Shown: positions 19,696 to 28,717 of the stretch, piece after piece
How positions within the stretch are numbered: position 1 is the stretch's first letter
Layout of the letters: every line of letters starts with the position of its first letter
From: Alphaproteobacteria bacterium
Lineage (GTDB): Bacteria; Pseudomonadota; Alphaproteobacteria; Micavibrionales; Micavibrionaceae
NCBI GenBank assembly: GCA_023384135.1
Contig: JAHDXS010000001.1
Location: 965,878 to 1,029,877 of the forward strand
Direction of reading: 5' to 3'
DNA length: 64,000 nt
The notes under the pieces: model-generated
Databases searched by the model: none
Told to the model about the DNA's origin: nothing
Seen by the model: only the letters and a program-made list of their open reading frames with translations
Program-made: the position numbers and the translations under genes

Positions 19696-20955
19696 ATGCA
19701 TTTCAAAAGTATAAAAATTGCAGAGTGGCAACAATTTCAAAACGTAGATATTAGCTTCGAGAATCAAGTCACTATTCTCACAGGCGCTAATGGAAGTGGA
19801 AAAACGTCTATTCTGAATATTTTAGCAAGACACTCCGGGTGGGAGCATCCTTCTTTCTCTACGCCTAAAAAAGAGGAGAAAACAGGTCTGATAAGCTATC
19901 CAACTAGATTTTTTGATGGAGAAGACAAAAGCGATACCCTTAACATAGGAGAACTAATATATAGCAACGAACAAGTTACAGAACTTCGGATTAATGAAAG
20001 TAATAGCGCTCAGTATCACTTGCGGATATACCCTGAAGCGCAGCGGGTACGCTGTTTATATATTCCCTCTCACCGCTCTGTGCCTCGACACGAACGAGTT
20101 ACAGATATTTCAACGTCTAAAAAAACCAAAGAACGGGCTTTCCAAGAAGTAAACTCTAGCATCAAAGACCGATATTTTGCATCAAACCGCAATCCATCAA
20201 GCACATTTTACATGAAAGCTGCTCTTATAGGGTGGGCCACACAAGGTTACGGAGTTCGCGCACCTGACGGAACTGTCATTATGCCGGATGATAGAGAGCA
20301 GGCTAGCTATTTTGAAGGCTTCCCTGCGGCTCTCAAAAAAATTCTACCAAGATCTTTGGGATTTGAAAAAATAGAAATTAGAAATTTTGAGGTCGTTTTT
20401 ATCTGCAACGAAGGTAAAGATGAATTTTTGCTGGAAACTGTATCAGGCGGTATCGCCTCCTTAATTGATATGGCATGGCAAATTTACATGTATCAGACTG
20501 AAGATAAGGAGCATTTTACTGTAATTATTGATGAAGTAGAAAACCATCTGCACCCCACTATGCAACGCCAGATTCTAGCAGATTTAACCAAAGCATTTCC
20601 AAATGTCCGGTTTATAGTATCGACGCATAGCCCGCTGATAGTGGGGTCGGTACGAGACGCACAAGTTTACGTTTTAAAATATAACGGCAGAAATAAAGTG
20701 GTCAGTTTGAGGCTTGATTTTCAAAACAAAGCTAAAACAGCAGCAGAAGTGCTTGATGAAGTGCTCGGCGTATCAGTGACTATGCCTATTTGGGCCGAAA
20801 ATAAATTAAACGATATTGTTAGCAACTACTCCCAGAAACAAATGACCCAAGATGATTTCAACGCCATGCGAAGAGAATTGAGTGATATTGGTCTGCAAAG
20901 ACTGGTGCCAACCGCGATTACAAAAGTTTTGGAGGAAAAGAATGATCAGGATTGA
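19696..20955 (+). CDS. ptuA: ABC/AAA15-type ATPase, Septu PtuA-like
   Basis: Walker A TILTGANGSGKTS, Walker B IIDEVENHLH, H-loop VSTHSP. AT-rich codon usage. Located immediately 3' of tRNA-Tyr. Confidence 0.7.
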   Translation: MHFKSIKIAEWQQFQNVDISFENQVTILTGANGSGKTSILNILARHSGWEHPSFSTPKKEEKTGLISYPTRFFDGEDKSDTLNIGELIYSNEQVTELRINESNSAQYHLRIYPEAQRVRCLYIPSHRSVPRHERVTDISTSKKTKERAFQEVNSSIKDRYFASNRNPSSTFYMKAALIGWATQGYGVRAPDGTVIMPDDREQASYFEGFPAALKKILPRSLGFEKIEIRNFEVVFICNEGKDEFLLETVSGGIASLIDMAWQIYMYQTEDKEHFTVIIDEVENHLHPTMQRQILADLTKAFPNVRFIVSTHSPLIVGSVRDAQVYVLKYNGRNKVVSLRLDFQNKAKTAAEVLDEVLGVSVTMPIWAENKLNDIVSNYSQKQMTQDDFNAMRRELSDIGLQRLVPTAITKVLEEKNDQD

Positions 20956-21517
20956 GCGGCCTGCATGTCCAAACCCCACAGCTCTAACTACGAACTATAA
21001 GCATCCGCAGAATAAAGAGGCTTTGAAAAAGGCTTCTTATAACAAATGCATGTATTGCGAGAGCCATGTGTCGCAGATAGCTTTTGGCGATGTCGAGCAT
21101 ATAAAACCAAAGGATAAATTTCCGGCACTTGAATTTTCTTGGGAAAACCACGGCTACGCTTGTTCAAAGTGCAATAACGAAAAAAGAAACAAATTTTTCG
21201 ATCAGACACCATTTATTGATCCTTATTCAGAAAATCCCAGAGAGCACATATATGCATTCGGAGCAATGTTGCGACCTAAGCAAGGCAGCGAGCGCGGAGA
21301 AATCACAATTAACGAGATCGGGTTGAACCGAGCCGATCTTCTCGAAAAGCGAGATAAACGCATTAATGAATTAGAAACAGCCATAAAGGCATGCTACCGC
21401 ACTCAAAATGAACACTTGCGTGAATGTGCTATGTCAGCTTTGATAACTGAAATCACGGAAGATAAGGAATATTCAATGGTTGTGCAGGCTTTATACGAGG
21501 CTCACGAAACAGAATAA
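20942..21517 (+). CDS. ptuB: HNH endonuclease, Septu PtuB-like (start MIRIERP overlaps ptuA end by 14 nt)
   Basis: CMYCES...VEHIKP...ENHGYACSKCNNEK gives the zinc-finger HNH CxxC...H...H...CxxC. Confidence 0.7.
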   Translation: MIRIERPACPNPTALTTNYKHPQNKEALKKASYNKCMYCESHVSQIAFGDVEHIKPKDKFPALEFSWENHGYACSKCNNEKRNKFFDQTPFIDPYSENPREHIYAFGAMLRPKQGSERGEITINEIGLNRADLLEKRDKRINELETAIKACYRTQNEHLRECAMSALITEITEDKEYSMVVQALYEAHETE

Positions 21518-21545
21518 AAAAACGCAGGCTCTCTCAAGCCTGCGC
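21518..21545. terminator. rho-independent terminator (bidirectional) between convergent ptuB and the helicase gene
   Basis: AAAAAAA-CGCAGGC-tctctcaa-GCCTGCG. Confidence 0.6.
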
Positions 21546-21574
21546 TCTGAATTCTTTATATCGCGTTCGGGCGA

Positions 21575-22795
21575 TTATGCGGCCATTCTCTGCTGGCCGC
21601 CCTGCGGGCCCTTATTGCGGAAACGGCGTTTGTTGGGTCTGCGCTTCTTGTTGAAAGGCTGGTCGCCCTTCTTCCCGTCCGCGCTGCCCTTGCCATCGCC
21701 GCCTTTGGCCGCGCCGGGGTTCAGCAGACGCTCGATCGCGCGCCACTTCTGGCCGTCCTGCGGCGAGATGAAGCACACGGCCGAACCTTCGGCCCCCGCG
21801 CGCGCCGTACGGCCCATGCGGTGAATGTAGTCTTCCGCCACCTGCGGCAGGTCATAGTTGATGACATGCTCGATATGCGGAACGTCAAGGCCGCGCGCGG
21901 CGATGTCGGTCGCCACGAGAACCCGGAAACTCTTCCTGCGGAAATTCTGCATCACCTGCGTACGCTTGCTTTGGCGCAAATCGCCGTGCAGGGCTTCGGA
22001 CTCAAACCCGTCGCGGCGCAGATTTTTGGCAATCCGGTCAGCGCCGTGCTTGGTCTTCGAAAACACGATGACCGAACCGGTGCGCTCATGAAGCTGGGAA
22101 ACCAGCTCGCCGTATTTCTGCTCCTGATCGATACGAACGATCTGTTGCTTGATGTTGATCGCCACGACATTCGTTGCGCCGACCGACACCCGCTCGGGGT
22201 TCGTGAGATATTTGCTCGAAAGCTGGATAATGCCCTGCGGCAGCGTCGCCGAGAACATCAAGGTTTGCCGTTTAGCAGGCAGGTACTTGAGGATCTTGTC
22301 GAGCTGCACGCCAAAGCCCATATCGAGCATCCGGTCAGTCTCGTCCAGAACCAAAAACGCCGTATCATGCAGGTTCAGCGAACCGCGACCCAAATGATCG
22401 TTGATCCGGCCCGGCGTACCCACGATGATGCGGGGCTTTGCGCGAAGTTGGCTCATCTGCTTACCCATCGACTCTCCGCCGATGATAAAGGCGGTCTTGA
22501 TCGGGCTTTGATGCCCCAGCAATTGGTGGATAACGTCAAGCACCTGCTTGGCGAGTTCGCGCGTCGGTGTCAAAACCATCGCCGAACCGCGCGGAGAACG
22601 CAGCAGCGCCTCAACCAGCGGAATGGCAAACGCAGCCGTCTTACCCGTCCCCGTTTGTGCGGAGCCGAGAATATCCCGGCCTTGCATGGCCAAGGGTATC
22701 GCCTGTTGTTGAACAGGCGTGGGCACAGTATAGCCCATCTTCTTAAGGGATCTATTCAGATCTTGTGAGAGGCCGAAGCCTTCAAAATTATTCAT
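21575..22795 (-). CDS. DEAD-box ATP-dependent RNA helicase (RhlE/CsdA-like)
   Basis: Q-motif PTPVQ, AQTGTGKT, DEAD-equivalent VLDETD, SAT, HRIGRTARAG, basic RG-rich tail. Confidence 0.88.
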   Translation of the reverse strand: MNNFEGFGLSQDLNRSLKKMGYTVPTPVQQQAIPLAMQGRDILGSAQTGTGKTAAFAIPLVEALLRSPRGSAMVLTPTRELAKQVLDVIHQLLGHQSPIKTAFIIGGESMGKQMSQLRAKPRIIVGTPGRINDHLGRGSLNLHDTAFLVLDETDRMLDMGFGVQLDKILKYLPAKRQTLMFSATLPQGIIQLSSKYLTNPERVSVGATNVVAINIKQQIVRIDQEQKYGELVSQLHERTGSVIVFSKTKHGADRIAKNLRRDGFESEALHGDLRQSKRTQVMQNFRRKSFRVLVATDIAARGLDVPHIEHVINYDLPQVAEDYIHRMGRTARAGAEGSAVCFISPQDGQKWRAIERLLNPGAAKGGDGKGSADGKKGDQPFNKKRRPNKRRFRNKGPQGGQQRMAA

Positions 22796-22812
22796 AACTT
22801 GTCTTTCTTGTA

Positions 22813-23385
22813 TTATTTCGTTGTTTTTGTTTTATCCTGCGCGTCCACAGCATAATCGCCACTGAACATGCGTAGGATTTGGCGGCTCTTTTCTGTCTCC
22901 GAAGCCCTAACCTGCGCCGTTTCGCTAAGATCCGAAACGCGCTTGTCATGAGTGTCGGAAAGGGCTTGGTCGGCCACCCTTCTTGCATCTGTCGTTATTT
23001 TCTGGCGGATGAGGGCGAATTCAATCGCATCCACCAGCCTTGCAAACTGGCCGCGGATAATCGTATCCGCAGCCCCTTGCTCCATCACAAAAGTGGAGAG
23101 ACCGTGCTGGTCTTCCGCATTGGTCAGGACAATAATCGGAATTTCAAAAACCATGCCTTCAAGGCTTTTAAAAACCTCTTTCGAGGAAGGCAGGTCGTCT
23201 GTATCCGGCTTCAGGATAACAAGATCGGCCTTATGTATGACCGATCTTGCTTCCTTAACATCGACGCAATGACAAATGGTCCACGGAACGCGCATATCGC
23301 TCTCAAGCCACGTCTGGATTTCGGCAATTTCTGAAACGTCATTGTCGATAATCACGATGTGAATCTTGAGTTGTTCCGCTCCCAT
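22813..23385 (-). CDS. receiver-domain-like protein (atypical)
   Basis: IHIVIIDNDVSE...ADLVILKPDTDDLP...IPIIVLTNAED resembles a CheY-like fold. The phospho-acceptor position is ambiguous and may be Lys. Confidence 0.5.
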   Translation of the reverse strand: MGAEQLKIHIVIIDNDVSEIAEIQTWLESDMRVPWTICHCVDVKEARSVIHKADLVILKPDTDDLPSSKEVFKSLEGMVFEIPIIVLTNAEDQHGLSTFVMEQGAADTIIRGQFARLVDAIEFALIRQKITTDARRVADQALSDTHDKRVSDLSETAQVRASETEKSRQILRMFSGDYAVDAQDKTKTTK

Positions 23386-23397
23386 CAGTCCCGCAAT

Positions 23398-23619
23398 CTA
23401 TGCAGCATCCCGCAGGTTTGCTGCGCTGCTCTTGCGGCTTTTCGGGTCGTTCTGAATGTCGAAGCTGACCTTCTGACCTTCGTTAAGGGTGCGCATACCG
23501 GCTTTTACAACCGCGCTCTTGTGAACGAACACATCGGGTCCGCCGTTGTCGGGCTGGATGAAACCAAAGCCTTTTTGCTCGTTAAACCATTTTACAGTTC
23601 CAGTGGTGGTCGTCGTCAT
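23398..23619 (-). CDS. cspA: cold-shock protein CspA family
   Basis: [27 protein letters not shown] (RNP1/RNP2). Confidence 0.92.
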   Translation of the reverse strand: MTTTTTGTVKWFNEQKGFGFIQPDNGGPDVFVHKSAVVKAGMRTLNEGQKVSFDIQNDPKSRKSSAANLRDAA

Positions 23620-24203
23620 ATTTTTTCCTAACGTTCAAATATGTATTGTGCGCCCTGCAACAACGCAGGAGCGCTTTCTTAAGCCTGATAGAAGGCACCA
23701 ACCTATAATGTTTTGAACTTTTCGGAAAATGAAGGTGAGGTTTTAACGTTCACGTATCGTTGCTAAGCACTGATACTTTATTTTCTTGTAAGCTCGTTTC
23801 TCATAGTAAGCGTTCGTCAAACTGTGCGGGATTAATGACAGGTTCCGCCACCCTTGTCAAATTTTTGTTTGCCGAATTCCTGATTTTTCGCGGTTTTCAG
23901 CCGATCGCACACTCAAAAAAGGTGAAATCCGCCTCAGGAAATCGCTCAAAAACCTTAAAAATCAACCAAAAATGTTTGACGCGGAAAGGCGTATTACGCT
24001 AACAAATCTATGGCTTCTTGATCGAAGCTGCGGAATTTGAAGGATCAGCTTGCACCGCATAAACAAAGCTAAAGCGCCACGGTACGGCTCAATCCGCCTG
24101 TGGTATCCGAATTTTGGAAACCCGGCGGGAAAATCTCAGATTTCCCTCCGAATTGTGAAAACAGCAAGGCTCAGGCGCTAAAACCGCCTATGGAGAGGAT
24201 ATC

Positions 24204-24920
24204 GTGGCTCATTTGATCAAAACCCATTCCCGGAACGTATTCGGCCCAGACCACATCTATGTCACCCGCCACGGCCAATCGCAGGGCCAGCTCGATATCG
24301 ACCAGTACCGCATCTGCGGCGATGATAACATTCCGCTGACCGATCTGGGGCACGTGCAGGCCGTCCACGCGGGCGAGCTTTTGAGATCCTTCAATATCCA
24401 TGTTGCGGCCCTATATCACAGCACCTCGCTGCGTGCGCTCCAGACCGGTGAAGGCATCCTGCTCGCCCTGCCCTACACGCCGGATGTCGTGCCCGACAGG
24501 CGCATCGACAAGCAAAAATTCGGTCAGTTCGACGGCCTGTTCAGCGACGCCGAGAGACAGCACGCCTGCCCCGAAGCATATGAGCGCTATCAGGAAGATC
24601 TTAAGCTCAACGGTCCTCTGGTCGCCCGCCCGCCGGGCGGAGAGAGTATTCTGGACGTCATCGACCGCGTCGGCCGCTTCCTGCGGGAGGCGGGCCAGGA
24701 CGGCCAGCCTCGCATCGCCGTGACGCACGGCCTGGGCGTCCTCTCGATCGAGGCGATCCTCATGGGCCGTTCCGACGACTGGCTGCTCGCGCATCAGGAC
24801 ACGGCGGGCAACACCGAGCTTGTTCATTTCTACAAGGGCGACGGGGGCCGCTACCACAAGGAAATCCTTGACGACGCCCCCGCGCCGACGCTCGAACTGG
24901 CCGCGAACGGCATCGGCTGA
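24204..24920 (+). CDS. histidine phosphatase family protein (phosphoglycerate-mutase-like), GTG start
   Basis: VTRHGQS catalytic RHG motif. GGAGAGGA RBS upstream of the GTG. Confidence 0.7.
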   Translation: MAHLIKTHSRNVFGPDHIYVTRHGQSQGQLDIDQYRICGDDNIPLTDLGHVQAVHAGELLRSFNIHVAALYHSTSLRALQTGEGILLALPYTPDVVPDRRIDKQKFGQFDGLFSDAERQHACPEAYERYQEDLKLNGPLVARPPGGESILDVIDRVGRFLREAGQDGQPRIAVTHGLGVLSIEAILMGRSDDWLLAHQDTAGNTELVHFYKGDGGRYHKEILDDAPAPTLELAANGIG

Positions 24921-24942
24921 AACACGGTCGATAAAATAATAA

Positions 24943-24970
24943 GCCCGCGGCGACGATGTGCGCCGCAGGC
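24943..24970 (-). terminator. terminator hairpin downstream of ppa
   Basis: GCCCGCGGCG-acgatgtg-CGCCGCAGGC with a T-tract on the - strand. Confidence 0.5.
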
Positions 24971-24985
24971 CCGAATAGATAAAAC

Positions 24986-25522
24986 TTAAGCCTTTTCAGC
25001 CTTCGCCCGCGCAATCGCCTCAAGGATCATGGCCTTGGCCTTCTCCGGCCCGGCCCACTGGATGTTTTTCACCCACTTGCCCTTTTCGAGATCTTTGTAA
25101 TGCTCGAAGAAATGCGCGATCTGCTCCGTCAAAATCTCCGGCAAATCTTCGTAAGATTGCACCTTGGAATAAAACGGGTGCAGCTTGTCCACCGGCACGG
25201 CCAGAATCTTCTCGTCCAGCCCCTTCTCATCTTCCATCAGCAGCACGCCGATGGGGCGCGAGCGGATCACCGCGCCGGGAATGACCGGGGACTGCCCCAC
25301 CACCATCACGTCGCACGGGTCGCCATCTTCCGAAAGCGTGTGCGGGATGAACCCGTAATTTCCCGGATAGATCATGGACGTGTGCAGGAAGCGGTCGACG
25401 AACATCGCGCCCGACTCCTTGTTCATCTCGTATTTGACCGGATGCCCGCCCTGCGGGATCTCGATAAGAACGTAAATATCGTCCGGCGGGTTCACCCCGA
25501 TGCTGATTTTAGAGATATCCAT
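24986..25522 (-). CDS. ppa: inorganic pyrophosphatase
   Basis: 178 aa. [18 protein letters not shown], family I PPase signature. Confidence 0.92.
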   Translation of the reverse strand: MDISKISIGVNPPDDIYVLIEIPQGGHPVKYEMNKESGAMFVDRFLHTSMIYPGNYGFIPHTLSEDGDPCDVMVVGQSPVIPGAVIRSRPIGVLLMEDEKGLDEKILAVPVDKLHPFYSKVQSYEDLPEILTEQIAHFFEHYKDLEKGKWVKNIQWAGPEKAKAMILEAIARAKAEKA

Positions 25523-25665
25523 GTAAATGTTCCTTTCCGTAGTGCATGCAGCAAATTAACAGAGACGGTTTGTTAGACATTCTGTTGTCCTTGTAAACAT
25601 AAAAAGCTTTCTTACCTCAAATCAGTCATTTGCTGATGTGGGGCCTTGAAGCCATAATTGCGTCG

Positions 25666-27336
25666 TCAATCTTTTTTATTCAGATCAAAACAGGCTGATG
25701 GAGGAGAACTAGGGCCGATCGGTCTGTCTTGAGCAGATACATGTTGGGAGGGATCAAGGTATTGAGAATAATCACTTTCCAGCCCCAGGCGCATAAACGC
25801 TGCGTAATGCGCATCTCGAAGCGCTTCTCTCTGGGCAACCTTGTATCGCTTCACCCTCTTGAGCGCCCTTATTAAAAGTACTCTCGCACGCTTACCTTCT
25901 GTGATTCCCGGCCCTGCCCGACAAATCGCATAGTAAAGCGCCGTAGGTGTTTTCCAAGGTTCGATCCGTCCAAGACTTTTCTCTAGCATATCGAGTAATG
26001 TCTCATAGGCGGGCTCTCCAAGATCGCCAAACCTGACGAGCATATGAAAATCTTCGCGCATCATTTTCTCATACCCATAATACCTATTCTCAAAATCAGA
26101 ACCTTCTTGGGCAAAATAGTCCACAAGCTTACCAGACAAACCCTTATAATCTTGATCAGAAAGCCCGACGATAAAGGGGGTTAAAGCCCTTCTGAGTTTC
26201 CTGTTCTTTGCCTCACAAGTTAAGGAGTATTCTCTCGTTGCGCGAATATAAGCATCGAGAATTTTTTCCTTGTTCGATGACACATAATTTCGGTCAGCCA
26301 ACACCATGGGAAAGACCTTATCGGGAATCTGTGCATTACAAGGATTGGCTATGATCCTCTCAAACCGTCTTCTGGGATCGTTATAATCATCAACGATCCG
26401 TCTAATTTCAACTTTAGCGGCCTTACGGTTCAAAACCGCCTTTTTATCCTGAGGGATTAACCCCAAGGTTTCCGCGAGCTTGTCGACATGCCCGTACCCT
26501 ATAGGCTTGGGCGCATACCTATGAAACGCAGCATGACATTTCCACTCAGCGGACGAAGATATAAGCGAACAGCCTAAAATAGGGACAGGAAACCATGGAT
26601 ACATAATTGCGTAACCTGCGGAAATTTCCGTCACCCGCCCATCGGGAGTAGTAACAATTATAGGTCTTTCGTCAATCAGACGGACATCTGCGGGCTTTCT
26701 GCGTGTTTTATCCTGCTCAATAAGAACAATTTCCTTTTCAAGAGGCTCTGAATGAAGAGGTATGCCATAAATACATTTATCCTCAATGGGTTTATACCCG
26801 CCCTTTCCATCACTGATATTGATCCGCATGAAAAAAGTGCCTTTACTATAACCATAATCGCGCATAGCCTCGCATTGCTCACGATCTCCAAGGCGAACAA
26901 GAGTTTCTCTTGGAATTGTCTTCTGATAATCTTCCATCCCGCTGTGCGAAGGATGCGAAGATAAAACCTCCTCCAGACCATACTTGACAAGAAAACTCTC
27001 GGCGAAAACCTTAGGCACACTCAAAATCTGCTTGTCGGGATCAAACTGAATAGCGACCCGGGGGATATCATAATCAGCCTGATAAATTTTAAAATTGTGT
27101 GTAGCTACAAAAAGAAAATACCCTCCGAAATAGAGCACCGGAAACACAAGGGTCCATCGAGGCGATATTTTCCACCAAACCGCCTCTGCGATCATGAATA
27201 AAAATCCGGCATTGATCGTAATAATCGACCAAAACATAGCCAGAAAAAGCATCATAAAAATGCCAGTCAGCGGAAAAACCTGAAGCGCAAACACAAGCGC
27301 CGTAACAACAAAACAAAATATAGACGGTTTGAACAT
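25666..27336 (-). CDS. AT-rich hypothetical membrane-anchored protein (3 N-terminal TM helices plus ~450 aa soluble domain)
   Basis: Start reassigned to the ATG (MFKPSIF) with AGAGGG RBS. Strongly AT-skewed codon usage compared with neighbours. Adjacent to tRNA-Asn. Confidence 0.6.
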   Translation of the reverse strand: MFKPSIFCFVVTALVFALQVFPLTGIFMMLFLAMFWSIITINAGFLFMIAEAVWWKISPRWTLVFPVLYFGGYFLFVATHNFKIYQADYDIPRVAIQFDPDKQILSVPKVFAESFLVKYGLEEVLSSHPSHSGMEDYQKTIPRETLVRLGDREQCEAMRDYGYSKGTFFMRINISDGKGGYKPIEDKCIYGIPLHSEPLEKEIVLIEQDKTRRKPADVRLIDERPIIVTTPDGRVTEISAGYAIMYPWFPVPILGCSLISSSAEWKCHAAFHRYAPKPIGYGHVDKLAETLGLIPQDKKAVLNRKAAKVEIRRIVDDYNDPRRRFERIIANPCNAQIPDKVFPMVLADRNYVSSNKEKILDAYIRATREYSLTCEAKNRKLRRALTPFIVGLSDQDYKGLSGKLVDYFAQEGSDFENRYYGYEKMMREDFHMLVRFGDLGEPAYETLLDMLEKSLGRIEPWKTPTALYYAICRAGPGITEGKRARVLLIRALKRVKRYKVAQREALRDAHYAAFMRLGLESDYSQYLDPSQHVSAQDRPIGPSSPPSACFDLNKKD

Positions 27337-27443
27337 GATGAGCCCTCTCTGCACAAATTAACAAATATGTTTGCAGACAACAAAGGGCAAAGCGCACCCT
27401 AAGACTAAGCGTGAGCAATTAAAAAAGGCTGAAAAAGGGAAAA

Positions 27444-27519
<76 letters not shown>

Positions 27520-27651
27520 CAGATCAGGGTGCTTTTATGCCCCCGCGCCCGCGCCTTGTCAAGCATTGCAAACGCCCGCAACCCCAAAAAAACAGGGCAA
27601 AACCCCCGAAACCGGCAAGGAAAAGCGCCACATAGCGGCGCGATCACCCCC

Positions 27652-28350
27652 TCACCAGCGGCAAACCCGCCCGATCCGCATATACTCCTCGGGCGTATCC
27701 ACCCGGCTCTGCTGAGAATTGATCTGCCGCTCCGTCTCCTTGATCGTGCGGTTCATCGCCGCCCCGAGATAATCGTTCAGAACGCGCTTCTTGACTTCGG
27801 AATCCGAGAAATCGTAAGGGCCCCAGCCCTGCTGCCGCGCAAACTCCGCAAGCCCCTCCTTCGCCGCCGCCTCGAATTTGGGAATGTTTTTCTGCACAAC
27901 GTCGCGGTTGATCGTGACATGCCGCATCTCATGATCCATCAGCGTCTTGAACTGGCATCGGCTGCGCGTGCTGCTTTTTCCCAGAAAGATCGTCTGGTTG
28001 AGCGCCAGCTTGACCTCAACCTTCTGCGGTACAAGGCACATCTGCCCGGAAAAGCTCTTGAGCTTCTCGACGAACTGCAACCCGAACTGCACCTGCATGG
28101 CGAACTCGGTCACCCCCAGCGCCTGCATGTACCCGCCTGCCCGCAAATTTTCATGAGCGTTACGGAATTTTTGGGTGATCTGGGCATAAGACAGTTCGGT
28201 ATTGAGGTCCGGATCGGGCATCGAAACCTGCACAAAGACCGGAACGTCCTGCGCTGCCGCATCGCAATCCATGACGCTCATAGCCTGATAACGGTATAGA
28301 TAAACCACCGCCAGCACGAACAGAACGAAATTGAGGATCCTGTTAAACAT
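27652..28350 (-). CDS. DUF922-like predicted secreted Zn-dependent protease
   Basis: N-terminal signal-anchor. HExxH within LMDHEMRHV. Confidence 0.55.
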   Translation of the reverse strand: MFNRILNFVLFVLAVVYLYRYQAMSVMDCDAAAQDVPVFVQVSMPDPDLNTELSYAQITQKFRNAHENLRAGGYMQALGVTEFAMQVQFGLQFVEKLKSFSGQMCLVPQKVEVKLALNQTIFLGKSSTRSRCQFKTLMDHEMRHVTINRDVVQKNIPKFEAAAKEGLAEFARQQGWGPYDFSDSEVKKRVLNDYLGAAMNRTIKETERQINSQQSRVDTPEEYMRIGRVCRW

Positions 28351-28612
28351 CCCTTCTCCGGAAACGAAACCGCAAGCTTGCGTTATAAATTCGCACGGCC
28401 CGGGCTCCGGGAAAAGCGATTAATGCCAAATGCATCAGAAACATAAATATTTTTCATAAAAATTCAAAAGAAAGCCGTCCATGTCAGAAACTAGAGTTAT
28501 AACCAACTGTTTTAAAACAGATTATTCTGGTATTATAGATAAAATTTTACGGTTTTTTTATGCAATCCTTAGTTATCCTTAAGGTTTACTATATTAATAT
28601 ATCAGGAGGAGA

Positions 28613-28654
28613 ATGCGCCTCTTCGGAAGTGCTAAAAAAACGATATTACGCTAA
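28613..28654 (+). CDS. candidate 13-codon leader/small ORF (MRLFGSAKKTILR) upstream of the adhesin gene
   Basis: Perfect SD AGGAGGAG 5 nt upstream of the ATG. Lies in the AT-rich upstream region of the 820 aa gene. Confidence 0.25.
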   Translation: MRLFGSAKKTILR

Positions 28655-28717
28655 TTTTTTAAACGATTAAGCCAAGAACAAACCTTACGCGCTGACAAGG
28701 ATATCAAGGGGCAACAC

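Noticed and set aside
21821-22768. 315 aa plus-strand ORF
   Set aside because: Antisense to the DEAD-box helicase gene.
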